A stretch of 64,000 nucleotides of DNA from Salpingoeca rosetta (Eukaryota; Protista; Choanoflagellata). Where the stretch lies: the NCBI GenBank assembly GCA_033442325.1, contig JAWQFM010000012.1:684122-748121 (forward strand), in the 5' to 3' direction. The notes under the pieces were generated by a model. It made no database searches, had not been told where the DNA came from, and saw only the letters and a list, made by a program, of their open reading frames with translations. Position numbers and translations under genes: made by a program. Positions 1 to 12,426 of the stretch are shown piece after piece; within the stretch, counting starts at the first letter, position 1; each line of letters starts with the position of its first letter.

Positions 1-97
1 GCACTTGGCCCAGCGCTGCACCCGTTGCTGCTGGCGCTGCTGGTGCTGGCACTGTTGTCGCTGTCGCATGCGGTGATTGCGATGAACGTTGTTCCAT
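1..97 (-). CDS. Possible 5' end of a minus-strand gene running off the window (MEQRSSQSPHATATTVPAPAAPAATGAALGQV...)
   Basis: ATG at 97-95 with a frame open to the window edge and low-complexity Ala/Thr/Pro composition. No recognisable domain. Confidence 0.25.
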   Translation of the reverse strand, partial: MEQRSSQSPHATATTVPAPAAPAATGAALGQV

Positions 98-406
98 CTC
101 ACCTCATCCTCCACACACGAAAAAAGACGTGAGCGTGCGCGAAGGGCAGGAGCGGGTGTGTGTATGCGTGTGTGCGTGTAAATGTGTGTGTGGGTGTGGG
201 TGTATTTGTGTTTGTATGTATATGCGTGTGTATGTGTTTGTGTATGCGGGGGGGTGTGTTCGTTTGTGCCCTTGCACGTGCTGTTGAGTTGCTGCTTGTG
301 AATGTGGTTGTATCTGCAGCCTCTTCTTCTCCTTGTTCCTGCTGCTTCTCCTCCTTCTGTTTGCCTTGTGCTCCTGATTTTCTTCTCTCCTTCTTTGCCT
401 TCTCCT

Positions 407-453
<47 letters not shown>

Positions 454-877
454 TCTCGCTCTTATTCCTCGTTGGTCGGTGTGTCTTCGCTTCAAGCGCT
501 ATTCGTATCCATGGATTCACACTGCACGCCAACGAAACCCCAGCCTCGCATCAATGTGGCCACCACCACCTCCAGCAGCACCACCGCCAGCAGCACCACA
601 GCAGCAGCACACGCCTGCTGCAGTTCGGAATCGTGGCGGCACCAGTCCTGCGTCCACTACAGTTTGTGCTGCCGCAGACTGTTATTTTGCCCTCCCTCCA
701 AAATCCACCACCACGCAACGCGCACAATCCCTTACAACCACGCCACAACACAACAACAACAACCACGCCACAAACACCACCGCTTCCCCCTTCTTGCTTG
801 CTTGCGCTTGCTTGCTCCCTGCGCCTTGTTTCACCAACTCACCAACCCCCCCCCTTCTTCTCTCTCTCCCTCCCGAG

Positions 878-2290
878 ATGATAAAGGTGGTCGTGTTGAT
901 GGCCGCTGTGGCTGTGGTTGCAGTGGCAGCGATGCTGCCTGCTGCGTGCAGTGGCCTTGGATCAGAGGCCACGCAGCCGGAGCAGGTGCACATTGCACTG
1001 GCAGGCCTCGATGCAAAGGGCAACCCAAATGGCATGGCTGTGTCGTGGCAGACGCACACGCGCACGGCCACGTCCGTGGTCCGATATGGCCTCAACAGCA
1101 CGGCGCTGACCATGCACGCCACGGGCAACTGCTCCTCCTACTACGCCACCTTCGACCACCACGTCGTGCTGCACAACCTGCTGCCCAAGACCCGCTACTA
1201 CTACCAGGTCGGCGACGCCACTGGCGGCTGGAGCAAGGTGTTCTCGTTTGTGAGCGCCCCGCTCTCGTCCCGCGACATGCCCATCAACTTTGCCGTGTGG
1301 GGCGACCTCGGCGTCGTCAACGGCGACTCCACGCTGGCCTTCCTCAACAACATCAAGGACAACATCGACCTCATGTGGCACGCGGGCGACATTGCATACG
1401 CCGACGACACGTTCATCCACCTCACGTGCGCCACCAAGTTCTGCTACGAGGACATCTGGAACGAGTACATGAACCTAATGCAGCCACTCGCCTCTGGCAT
1501 GCCATACATGACCACCCCGGGCAACCACGAGGCCGAGTGCCACAGCCCGGCGTGCCTGCTGTCCTCGGAGCGGCGGGAGGCCCTGCGCAACTTCACCGCC
1601 TACAACCACCGCTTCCGCATGCCCAGCCCGGAGAGCGGCGGCGTCCTCAACATGTGGCACTCGTTCAACTACGGGCCCGTGCACTTTGTCTCGCTCGACA
1701 CGGAGACCGCGTTCCCGCTCGCCCCTGAGGAGCACATGTACGTGCTGCCGTGCGGCGGGTTTGGCGACATGCTCACGTGGCTGGAGCAGGACCTGATTGA
1801 GGCGAACAAGCACCGCGACGAGCGGCCGTGGATCCTGGCGGCGTCGCACCACCCAATGTACTTTGGCGGGAACATCAACGAGCCCTTCCAGAAGGCCATC
1901 GAGGACCTCTTCCACAAGTACAACGTGGACATGTACTTTGCCGGGCACAAGCACTCGTACGAGCGCGACTACCCCGTGTACAAGGGCGTGCCGCAGCCCA
2001 CGTACTACAACCCCAACTCGACCGTGTACATCACCGTTGGCGGCGCAGGCAACGACGAGATGGAGGGCGACCAGGTGGAGCGCAACAACCAGAACGACGT
2101 CATCACGCGCGCAGACGAGTCGGATATGTGGCAGAGCAACCCGAACGAGGGCGTGGCGGTGAAGAAGGACAACGGGTACTACGGTATCGGCGTTGTGCAC
2201 GTGCTCAACTCCACTGCGCTGCACTTTGAATACTACCGCACCACCCTGCAGGAGAAGTACGACGAGGTGTACCTCTTCAAGAACCACTGA
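878..2290 (+). CDS. Secreted purple acid phosphatase (metallophosphoesterase with N-terminal Fn3-like PAP domain), single exon, 470 aa
   Basis: ATG 878 gives a hydrophobic signal peptide (MIKVVVLMAAVAVVAVAAM). PEQVHIA N-domain start. Metal-binding motifs GDLG, GDIAY, GNHE, HHPMY, GHKHSYER. Strong C/G third-position bias. The upstream part of ORF 302-2290 is repeat read-through. Confidence 0.93.
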   Translation: MIKVVVLMAAVAVVAVAAMLPAACSGLGSEATQPEQVHIALAGLDAKGNPNGMAVSWQTHTRTATSVVRYGLNSTALTMHATGNCSSYYATFDHHVVLHNLLPKTRYYYQVGDATGGWSKVFSFVSAPLSSRDMPINFAVWGDLGVVNGDSTLAFLNNIKDNIDLMWHAGDIAYADDTFIHLTCATKFCYEDIWNEYMNLMQPLASGMPYMTTPGNHEAECHSPACLLSSERREALRNFTAYNHRFRMPSPESGGVLNMWHSFNYGPVHFVSLDTETAFPLAPEEHMYVLPCGGFGDMLTWLEQDLIEANKHRDERPWILAASHHPMYFGGNINEPFQKAIEDLFHKYNVDMYFAGHKHSYERDYPVYKGVPQPTYYNPNSTVYITVGGAGNDEMEGDQVERNNQNDVITRADESDMWQSNPNEGVAVKKDNGYYGIGVVHVLNSTALHFEYYRTTLQEKYDEVYLFKNH

Positions 2291-2906
2291 GCCTGCCCTC
2301 GCAGTCGCAAGCTGTACTGCATCCTTGGTGTTTTGTCGAGTGCTGATGCGTTGTATATGTGTGTGTGTGTGCAATTGTTGTATGAGTGTGTGTCATTGTA
2401 TGTTTGTTTCAGTGCTTGCTTTACTGTTGCCAACAGTCAATGTTCGATGCTGCTGTTTGTTGTCGCTTGCAATCAACTGTTGCGGCGCTGGTTGGTTTCC
2501 ATTCGCGCGCGTGTCATTGCGTTTCTTCCTCGCTGCTGCTTTAATCCAAACCCCCCCCCTTCACCTTCCTTTGTGTTATCGATCACTTTCCTCTTCGCGC
2601 CCACATCATCATCATCACCACCACTACCACCACCATCATCATGATGATCGTCCATCATCTTGTTATCACTGAGTCTGTGTGCTCGTGCGTTCGCACATGG
2701 TGTATTTGTCTGTATTTGTCTGTGCCCATGTGTGCCTGTGTTTGTGTTCGACCGAAATGTAACGCGGAAACACAAACAAGTGGATGCGAGTGGTGGTGGT
2801 GGTGGTGGCACTGACAGCAAAAGGCAAACAGTAACGAAACAATAACCGCGGATAACTTAGGCAGCTGCAGCAGAGAAAACAGCGCTGGGTGAGAGAGAGA
2901 GAGAGG

Positions 2907-2939
<33 letters not shown>

Positions 2940-3058
2940 GGAGAGAGAGAGAGAGAGTGTGTGTGTGTGTGATGATGTTGTTGGTGCCACCGGAAACCAA
3001 CACATCGTAGATGTTGCTGCACCACCAATGGCCATCACCGCGAGCGCCACATCAGCCA

Positions 3059-4136
3059 TCAGTGCGTCATGTCGAGCTCGGACGTGTTGATGCAGTTGGT
3101 GATGGCACCAACCCACTCGCTCGCCTCCGCGACAGAGGCTGCCTGCAGGAAGTACGTGCGCTTTGGCGTGGTGATTGCAAAGCGAGTGGACAGCGGCTTG
3201 TAGTCCACAAAGCAGTTGGCACCGACGTTGATGTACGCCAATGGCTTGTCTGCGTGGCACGCGAAGGGGCGAGTGAGGGCGCATTTGTGTGTGCATGTGT
3301 GTGTGTGTGTGTACTCGTGTGTGTGTGTGTATGTGTGTGTACTCGTGTGTGTGCATATATGTGTACACGTGTGTGTGCGTCTTGATCCATGCTAGATTGG
3401 AGAGAGCATTGAAGAACACGGCTGATATATATTTTGTATTTGCAGCACAGCACAGCAGAGCAGATCAAGACAAATGCACGCGTGCTCACCACGAGGGGAA
3501 GGATGTGCAGTTTTGTAATACTTGAGAATTGTATCGCGCAGGTCAAACCACCTAGGCAAGAGCACGAGGGAGCAAGGCAAGCACGAGGAACGAGAGAGCG
3601 CAGGTGCAGCGCGGTGAGCTGCTATTGCGAGACAAACAGCAATGGTAATGGCGTGGCAGGGAACATACCTCGCACACGTACTCGCACATGCACACGCATG
3701 TACGCACACATTCACACGCTCATACGTTACAACAAACCCAGACGCGCACAAGCGAATATACACTCACTCGGGTCATTCTTTGTACCTGCTCTTCCACGCT
3801 TTGCGCGCAAACACGTTATTGTGATCGTTGCTGTCTCCGGTGCGTTTCCGAAGCCACCCCGCCTTTCGAATTTGACCAATGCCCACATCCAAGAAGACCT
3901 GGCGCAGATCAAACCCAAGCCGCGCACGAGGTCGCGTGACAGTGAGGAACAAAGCCGCAGCTCAAACATACACAGATAGAGAGAAAGACAGATCGCAGAA
4001 GGTCATAAATTCAACCCGCGTTCAAATGCGTGCACTTGCGCAAACATACTTGTCCACATACACACACATACAAACATACATATATACATACATACATATA
4101 TACATACATACATACATACATACATACATACATACA

Positions 4137-4167
<31 letters not shown>

Positions 4168-4646
4168 GTACATACACACATACACACATACATACATACA
4201 TACATACACACGCACACACGCACGCACACGCACACGCACACACACGCACATGCACATGCACGCACGCACGACAATACATTGCGCATGCGCACCTCTTGCA
4301 TTGTGGGAAGGGAGATGTCGTGTTGTCTTTTGGAGGAGGAAGAAGACGATAGCGTGGTTGCTGCCGATAGGGTGGAGTCCGTGTCCCCAGCGACATCCAT
4401 GTTTCTCGAGTGGATGGATGAGCTGCGCGCATCACTCGTGGTATCTTGTTGATCGTGGTCCTCGTCCGAAGCATCATCATCATCCGCAGCCACCGCAGCT
4501 ACCACACCAGGCTGTCGTCGACGCAACCGTACTTCCTCGTTCTTGCTACCCTGATCCTCAACCTCCGTCTGTGCCACACCACCTGCGTTGCCCAAGTGGA
4601 AGGGGCTCGACCCAAAGCCAAACGTCTCCTCAACCTCCTCGTCCAT
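3059..4646 (-). CDS. PH-domain protein, 4 exons (approx. 4646-4293, 3898-3786, 3552-3490, 3252-3059)
   Basis: GT-AG splicing gives an acidic N-terminus (MDEEVEETFGFG) then IRKAGWLRKR...KAWKSRWFDLRDTILKYYK...KPLAYINV...RFAITTPKRTYFLQAASVAEASEWVGAI, a complete PH domain with the C-terminal helix Trp. Confidence 0.88.
4060..4210. repeat. (TACA)n tetranucleotide microsatellite in a PH-gene intron
   Basis: Read directly. Confidence 0.9.
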
Positions 4647-4801
4647 CGTCTTGTTGGCGTGTTGTGTTGTTGTGGGGAGGAGGGAGCTTTGTTGTGGGCG
4701 CTTGTTGTTGTTTTGCTGAAATCTATGTAAATCTTTTGTCAATCCTCCCAACTTGAAGCGTCCAGCAAGCTGAGGTGAGCTGGGTTTGTTGGGTGCTGCT
4801 G

Positions 4802-4871
4802 TCCTTTCGCTTGCGTCTTCCCCAACACCCACAACATCCTTTCGCTTGCGTCTTCCCCAACACCCACAACA
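4802..4871. repeat. Perfect 35-bp tandem duplication (TCCTTTCGCTTGCGTCTTCCCCAACACCCACAACA x2)
   Basis: Read directly; lies between the divergent PH and FERRY3 start codons. Confidence 0.9.
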
Positions 4872-4885
4872 ACAAGGGCTTCGTC

Positions 4886-6615
4886 ATGGAGTCGGAACAC
4901 AAGTATGCGGAGCTACCAACGTATGAGGACGTCGACGCCACGCCTGTTGAGGTGACCATCACGCTGCCGTCACTGCCGTTCTTCTCTGTGGGGACAAGCA
5001 ATGGTGAGGGTGGAGAAGCAACATCTCAGCAGGGTGGCCATGAGCGGGAGCCCGCAGCCATTCACGCCAAGATCAGCCCCCAGTGCGATCCAGAAGAAGT
5101 GGCGCGGCGAATTCTCGAACAGTACAAACTGCCCGACCTCTGCCTGCCATCTCTCGTCTGCGTCCTGGAAACGCACCAGCACACCCTCAGGCAGCAGCGC
5201 CTGGACGAGCGCGACGATGCGCTGTCGCTCGCAGAAGCGATGCACCCGACCAGTGCCAGTGAACACGACGAAGCAGAGACGCAGCAAGAAACAAGACACC
5301 AGCAAGCAGGCGAGGTTGAGAACGCAACAGCTGATGGCCAACAAATTGAGGAACAGCAGCAGCAACAACAACAGGCAGTGGTTAACGGAGCTGGAGAAAC
5401 GAACGGCTTGGAAGAGGATGAAGAGGCCATCGCGCAGCAGTGGGCAGATGCGTTTGCCAACAACTGCAAGGAGTTTCGTCACGCGCGAGACGTCGAAGGT
5501 GCAACAGAGACGTTTGATGAGGATGCCATCAGCTTCAGCGAGCGCTTCCACGAACTCATCCACTCCCCACTCCTCGTACGTCGGTGTGCGTTTGCTTGTC
5601 TGTCTGTCTGTCTGCCTGTCTGTATATCTGTCTGTCTGTCTGTCTGTCTGCATGTCTGTGTGTCTGTCTGTCTGTATGGCTGTCTGTCTGTATGGTCGTC
5701 TGTCTGTCGGTTGCATGAAATGATTTGCACTCACTCAATCTGTCTCTTTCTTCATTTCATCACTACCACTGACGATAACAACGACAGAACCAGCTGTTGC
5801 AGTTGGAGGATGGCTATGCAAGTTATGTACAGGAGATGATCAGCAAACGGGACAGGTGTAAATGATGTTTCATGTCGCATGTATGTTGGTGCGAGCGAGG
5901 GCCTGAATTGAGGGTGTGAATTTGGCTTGAATGCTCGTCACACCAGATGCACAGTTCCCATGCACATACATGCGCACACACAAATACACAAACACATACA
6001 CACACATGCACACGCGCTCGTACACACATACACACACACCCGTACACACGCGTGGCCATGGCAGACTGATGCAGAAGAAGGAGGAACAGCAACTCCGAGA
6101 GCAGGAGCAAGCGCTTGCCAAGCTCGAGCAAGGCCTCTCTGCTCGCGACATCACCGACCTGGCACGACAGCACACGCAGGACAGAGAGGTGCGTGAGCAA
6201 CACGCCATGTGCTGGTTTGTGCTTGGATTTGTTCTCTATGCAGTCGCGTTTGTGTGTGCATGCGATGCCAAGTGTTTCTCTCTTGTCTGCCTTTAATTGT
6301 GTGTCTTTCCGTGCCCGTAACTTTGTGCATCTTGTGTCGTTTCCACCATGTTCATGCGGTGGCTTTCTCCCTTGCCCATGCTCCACCATGATGACTCATG
6401 TCGCCCTTATCGTTGACCGCAACAGACGCATCTTGCGAACCTAAATGCCGAGATCAAAATGCAAAAGGAGCTGCAGAAACGCGCATTTCGGGACATGGTG
6501 TTGGAGTTGAGTCGTGACACCGCGGACCCGGCATCCATTGCCGTTCCAAACATTCCCCCGCCGTCATTCGACAGCCGCGACGCAGACCAGGAGAAACCCA
6601 AACGATCCCAGCAAA

Positions 6616-6708
<93 letters not shown>

Positions 6709-7061
6709 ATGTGTGCATTCATCGAGCGTACTTCTTGCCATCTTCACTTCATCGCTTTCGCTGTTCTCCGATGTGATCCTAACCATGTACTCATTCATGC
6801 CCTTTCTCTCCCCCCCCCCTCTCGAACCCCCACACGCGTGCAGGCTCTCTGTTCAGCAAGTTCACATTTGGGCGGAGTGGGAGCAGCAGCAACACGACGA
6901 CGTCCGCAACGCAGCAGCAGAGAACGATGCAGCGCTCACAGTCGAGCTCATCGCAGATCCCACAGGACCAACGTACGTGTGCACGTCAGGAAGGGTTGGA
7001 GGGGCGTGCTGTAGTTGCTGAATGTGTGTGTGCATACGTGTGTGTGTGTGTGTGTGTGCAT

Positions 7062-7152
<91 letters not shown>

Positions 7153-8783
7153 TACCGCCACAAAGTACCATCATCATCATCATCACCATCATCATCATCC
7201 TCATCACAGCGGAGCAGGAGCCGATGATTGAGTCCTTCACGGTCATGTTGGGAACACAGAAGAAAGTCGAGCACAACCTGCGTCTCATATCAGGTATATG
7301 CCCGTGTGAGTGTGTGTGAACGCAGGTTGTTGGTGTCCCTCGTGTAATGTTGCAAAGTCAGTCAATTCTGCCTGACCCCAAGTCACTCCCTTCCTTTCAC
7401 ACATCATGCACACAATCACACACACTGTCTCTCTCTCATGCACACAATCACATGCGCGCACAATCACACACAAACGCGTGTCCGCTGCCATCAGGAAACA
7501 TCATTGACACATGCGGTGTGGAGGCGCACGCGCGAACGGCGATGGAGTCAAAGGCGAAACGTTTGGCCACAGCCATGTCGCTCTACTCGACAGAGCTGCG
7601 TGCGGTTGTTATCATTGTTGACACGCGTCTCAGCAGTTACAGCGGTGCAAAGGCGGAGTTTGCTGCCGTCTGCGAACGCGTGCGTGTGTGTACATGTCTG
7701 CGCTTGTGTCTCTGTGCTTGCCTTTGTGGATGTTTGTGTGGATGCTGTGCTTTCGTTTTCTGTGTGCGTCTCCTCCTTTGTCTCCGCTTGTGTGTTGTCT
7801 GCCGTGTCTTTGAAGGTCACATTCACGACATGTCATCCACGCAGTCACGACATGTCATCCACGCATTCACAATTTCATGCTCACTTTCCGTGCGCTTTCA
7901 GTCCACGGATTTGCATTTTGCTGAGTTGCCGGAGCAGATTGAGACTCTTCAGGTAGATCTTATGGCCACACACGACGGCGGTGTGCGCGGTCAGCTCTCA
8001 CCAGGTGCGTTTGTGTTTCTGTGTGTCTGTGTCTATGTCTGTGTGTGTGTGTGTGTGTCTGTGTGTGTGTGTGTCTGTGTGCACATGTGTGTCTGTCTGT
8101 GTGCACATGCTGTGCATGTGTCTGTGCGTACAAGCAGCTCTGGTCACATGTGTTCGTTGCGCTTGTTCCGCGCTATTTTGGGCTAGCGTGAGACATTTCC
8201 CCGTCGACAGACTCGATGCACCATACGTTCACACGCGCCCATCACGACCGCTGTCACCACCTCCATGCCATCATTATGTCGCCACCCTGGTATCATGCTT
8301 TGTTGTCTTTGGTTTCGCCATGTAGGCGACTTCTACATCACGCGCCACTCGAATCTTGCGGACGCCCACGTCGTCTTCCACCTCGTCGCCGACGATGAGG
8401 TGGGTGATCATGTGTGTGCGTGTGGGTGTGTGTGCGTGTGTGGGTGTGCGTGTGGGTGTGTGTGCGTGTGGGTGTCTGTGTCTCTGTGTCTGTGTCTCTG
8501 TGTGCGCGTGCTCGAAGGCTTAATTCTCGTTCACCGTTGCTGTTTTGCTCTGTCGAGATCTTCTCCTTTGTTGTGCACTCACACGACCAACCCCACTCGC
8601 TCCCTCCATGTAACCTGCCTTCTTCTCCTAATCTGCAGGTGCTGCAAGACAACTTCAATGGGCGATCAAAAATGCTGCTTGGACTTCGCAACATCATCCG
8701 CTGTATGTTCCAGAACGACATCCAGACCATCACCCTCCCCCTCCTCCTCCTCCACTCCTACACCCCGGTTCGACCCTGCTGTC

Positions 8784-8852
<69 letters not shown>

Positions 8853-9842
8853 CACAATGGTATAGTTACCCTGACACCCAAATAACCCTCGGGTCCCCGG
8901 TACCTATAAAAATCGGGTGATGCAGTTGCCACCACGTGTTATCCGGTCATGGACATCCCTTTTGATGTCACTATCACTGCTCCATGCCCCTAGAAACCTC
9001 TGTGTGTCTGTGTGTCTGTGCGTCTGTGTGTCTGTGTGCCTGTGTCTGTGTGTTTGTGTGTCTGTGTCTGTGCGTCTGTGTGTGTCTGTGTTTCTCTCTC
9101 TGTGTGTGTGTGTGTGTGTGTGTGTGTCTGCTCTTGTACATGAATCCAATCCACGTTCATTCAACACGGTCCCTCCAACTCCCTCACCCCAAACACAGGA
9201 AATGGATGACCGGTTCTGTGAGCGGCGCTGTGAACTGATTCTGAAAACCATCAAAGGATTCATCATGGAAAACACCGCATGGTGAGATGTGCACATGTTG
9301 CGGTGTATTGTCCGTGCGCGCGCGAGAGTGAGCCCGTGAGCATGGAGGGCAAGCAAGCAGACAGACAGGGCAACTGTGTTTGCCCGCTCGTTGCTTGCGA
9401 TTGAACCTTGTCGCGCTCACCACGCCTTGTCGCGCTCACATGTGGTGCTTGCGCTGTTTCTTTCATGTGTGTGTGTGTGTGTGTTCGTTTGTTCATCGCC
9501 ATCAGGGGCCGTTCGAGCTCAAAGACGATTCAGCTGATGGTTCCAAAGGTGCGCTGAACAACTGCACTCCCATGCATACAAACACACACACACATGCGCA
9601 CATGCTACGGTCGTACAAGCAACATGCATGACATGCCCCTTTGCTCGCTCCCTCACGCTCACGCTCACGCTCATGCACACGCATACAAGCACCCGTTTTC
9701 ATGCATTGCCTGTCGTATGCTGCTTCTCATTCGCATTCCTCCCCTCGCCCTCTGCGTTCAGGAAACAACACCGGAGCGGTTTGCGATGTTCGTAGAGTTG
9801 ACATCGAGCATCTTCAGGGAAACACGCATGCTCTCAACATAG
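4886..9842 (+). CDS. FERRY3: FERRY complex subunit 3 / C12orf4 (DUF2362) homologue, about 13 exons
   Basis: Spliced exons give [62 protein letters not shown]...[11 protein letters not shown] and [16 protein letters not shown], matching remembered C12orf4 blocks in order. Stop TAG 9840-9842. Confidence 0.9.
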
Positions 9843-9875
9843 CCGCCTTTGCACGCTCCTCGCGCGGACTCGATC

Positions 9876-9944
<69 letters not shown>

Positions 9945-10536
9945 CACAACACAACACAACACAACACAACACAACACAACACAACACAACACATCACATC
10001 ACATCACAAACATACACACAACACATCAGATGCACGCACGCGCCCCATCGTTTCTTCTTCAATTCCCCCCCCCCCTCCAATCGTTGTTTGACGTTCAATT
10101 TTCTTCAGGTTAGATCGCTGCACGCCCCATGTGTGCTCAGGTTTGGTTTTGAGTTGAATGGCACTCACAGCACATCACGACACGCGTGTGTATTCTCTCT
10201 CTCAACAGCAAACGCCGTTTTCTGCTACAAGGCGGTGGGTGAGCGGGCGCTATTTACACAAAACCCAAAGCCGTCTCCCTCGTAAACAAAACGATAAACA
10301 GCCCTACAGCAGGTTGGTTGGACGCGTAAAGCAAGTGATAACAACAGCACAGCGTGGGTGGTGTCTTCACAACACCACAACAAACCAAAAGCACAGGTCA
10401 CACCTCTGTCTGGCTCACAAGCGGCATCAGATGCATGCACAAGCACGTAGTGCGCGGAATCGATCACCACACACACATGCACACACACACATACACACAC
10501 GCACACACACGCACACACACACACACACGCAATTCC

Positions 10537-11637
10537 TCACAAGAGGGCCTTCCACTTAAAGAGTTGGTTGTGTGCGGATGTGTACAGGGATTCGCCAGAT
10601 TGCGAGAATCGAACGCAGCGAACAACGTCTCCATGTGCCGGGAAATCTTGGAACGTGCCTAAACACGCACAACACAAGGCAGCAGTGCGTGAATAATGTG
10701 TGGGCATGCGTGGGTGCATGTGCTTGTGCATGAGTGACTCGAAGATTGGAGCATCACGTTTGTTCCCCAAATCCAACACGAATGCGAGCACAGCAAGCAC
10801 TACAGCCACCACACGTGCATGTGCACAACGCAGATAGAGACGTTCAACCACGCCACCTTGGTCGTAATCGACAATCTTCACGAGTCGGTCTGGCGTGCCA
10901 ACGGCAACGAGTGTGCCGCGTGGCGAAATGTCCAGAGCCCACGCAAACTGCTGCAGACTGTGGTGTGCGGGGTTGAGATAAAGCGGTTTGGGATTGGCGT
11001 TTGGAAGTTCTCGAATGTCAGTTGAAGAGGAAACGGGTGAAACAAGGCAGTGTGTAAACGCTGCATGTGACGTCTACAATCACACCCACGCACCGTGACA
11101 TCACACACAACCCGCATACGCACCGAATCCTGCGCACGATGGAGCGAAGCGTCAGCGAGTAGAAGTTGAGCTGTGTCCACGCCAACAGATACAGATACAC
11201 ACACGCATACATACAATGCATACATACACGGTGCATCTGGTGAGGGTTGAGAGAAGATGCAAACGAGTTGTCTTGCACACAAACGCGTCAAAGTGCAGAG
11301 CACAGGACAGCAGCACTCACTCACTCACACCTGCACACACACTCCCTTCCCTCTTCCATCATTCACGCACACACACACGCACCTGCTGCGTTGCCGCAAA
11401 TGAGGTGAAGACAATGAGCTCCGGATCCACGGGCGAAAACCGGGCCAGCGTGGGCGGCTGTTCCTGTTTGTTGTTGGCGTTGTGGCAGTCACCAGAAGAT
11501 TGGTCAGCGAAATGCGATCTTCGGCTTGCTTGCAGGCACGCACACAGTGAGGGACGCGCACTCATGTCCGCAAATACACACGAACGCACAATGGCACACT
11601 CGCACGCACTCAACTGCACACACACACACACATGCAC

Positions 11638-11674
<37 letters not shown>

Positions 11675-12169
11675 TATACACACGCACGCAAGCACGCAAG
11701 CAGGCACCTGCAGGTCATGCGATGGCTCAAATGCGGGTGCAGCGAGCGTCAGCCACTCCATGAGGTCGTTCTTGTCTTGCGACCAGTGTGCGTTCCACAC
11801 ACTGATGCGCCGGTCCTGGCAGCACGCCAACCACAACTCTGATCAAGCAGATTGTCATGCGCAAGCGGATGTGTGAGTGCGTGGCAGCATGAAACATGCA
11901 ACACACATCCAAGTTTGTTTGTCTCCATGACCTCTGCATGATCCTTTCCCCCCTGGAGACTGCACATGCTACTTCTTCTCTTTCACCAGTGCAGTCATCA
12001 CCACTTCACTCCCGCCTCCATCCCCATCCCCCATCCTCATGCCAGCCCCCGCACCGGGTGAGCGGTCAGGCCGCTTGTGTGACGCCGCGACGTCAAACAT
12101 CGACACGAGGCTGCCTCGATGGTCAATGATGGTCCTGTTGGGACATGTTTGCGTGTGTGCGTGCGTGCA

Positions 12170-12257
<88 letters not shown>

Positions 12258-12357
12258 NNNNNNNNNNNNNNNNNNNNNNNNNNNNNNNNNNNNNNNNNNN
12301 NNNNNNNNNNNNNNNNNNNNNNNNNNNNNNNNNNNNNNNNNNNNNNNNNNNNNNNNN

Positions 12358-12426
<69 letters not shown>

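Noticed and set aside
104-532. Minus-strand ORF with charged K/E/R-rich sequence
   Set aside because: No ATG start in that frame, trinucleotide-repeat driven, and the more protein-like frame is closed by an upstream stop.
160-2374. Long overlapping ORFs 160-1728 (+), 962-1420 (-) and 1475-2374 (-)
   Set aside because: Shadow frames of the GC3-biased phosphatase CDS, with no domain features.
6454-7231. Poly-CV and poly-HT ORFs here and throughout the window
   Set aside because: Translations of intronic (TG)n/(CA)n tracts, which lack stop codons. Not metal-binding proteins.
8851-9000. Resemblance to spliceosomal snRNA or C/D snoRNA motifs
   Set aside because: Only short partial matches; no proper Sm site, C/D pair or U1/U11 5' end. 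Kept only as an unexplained island.
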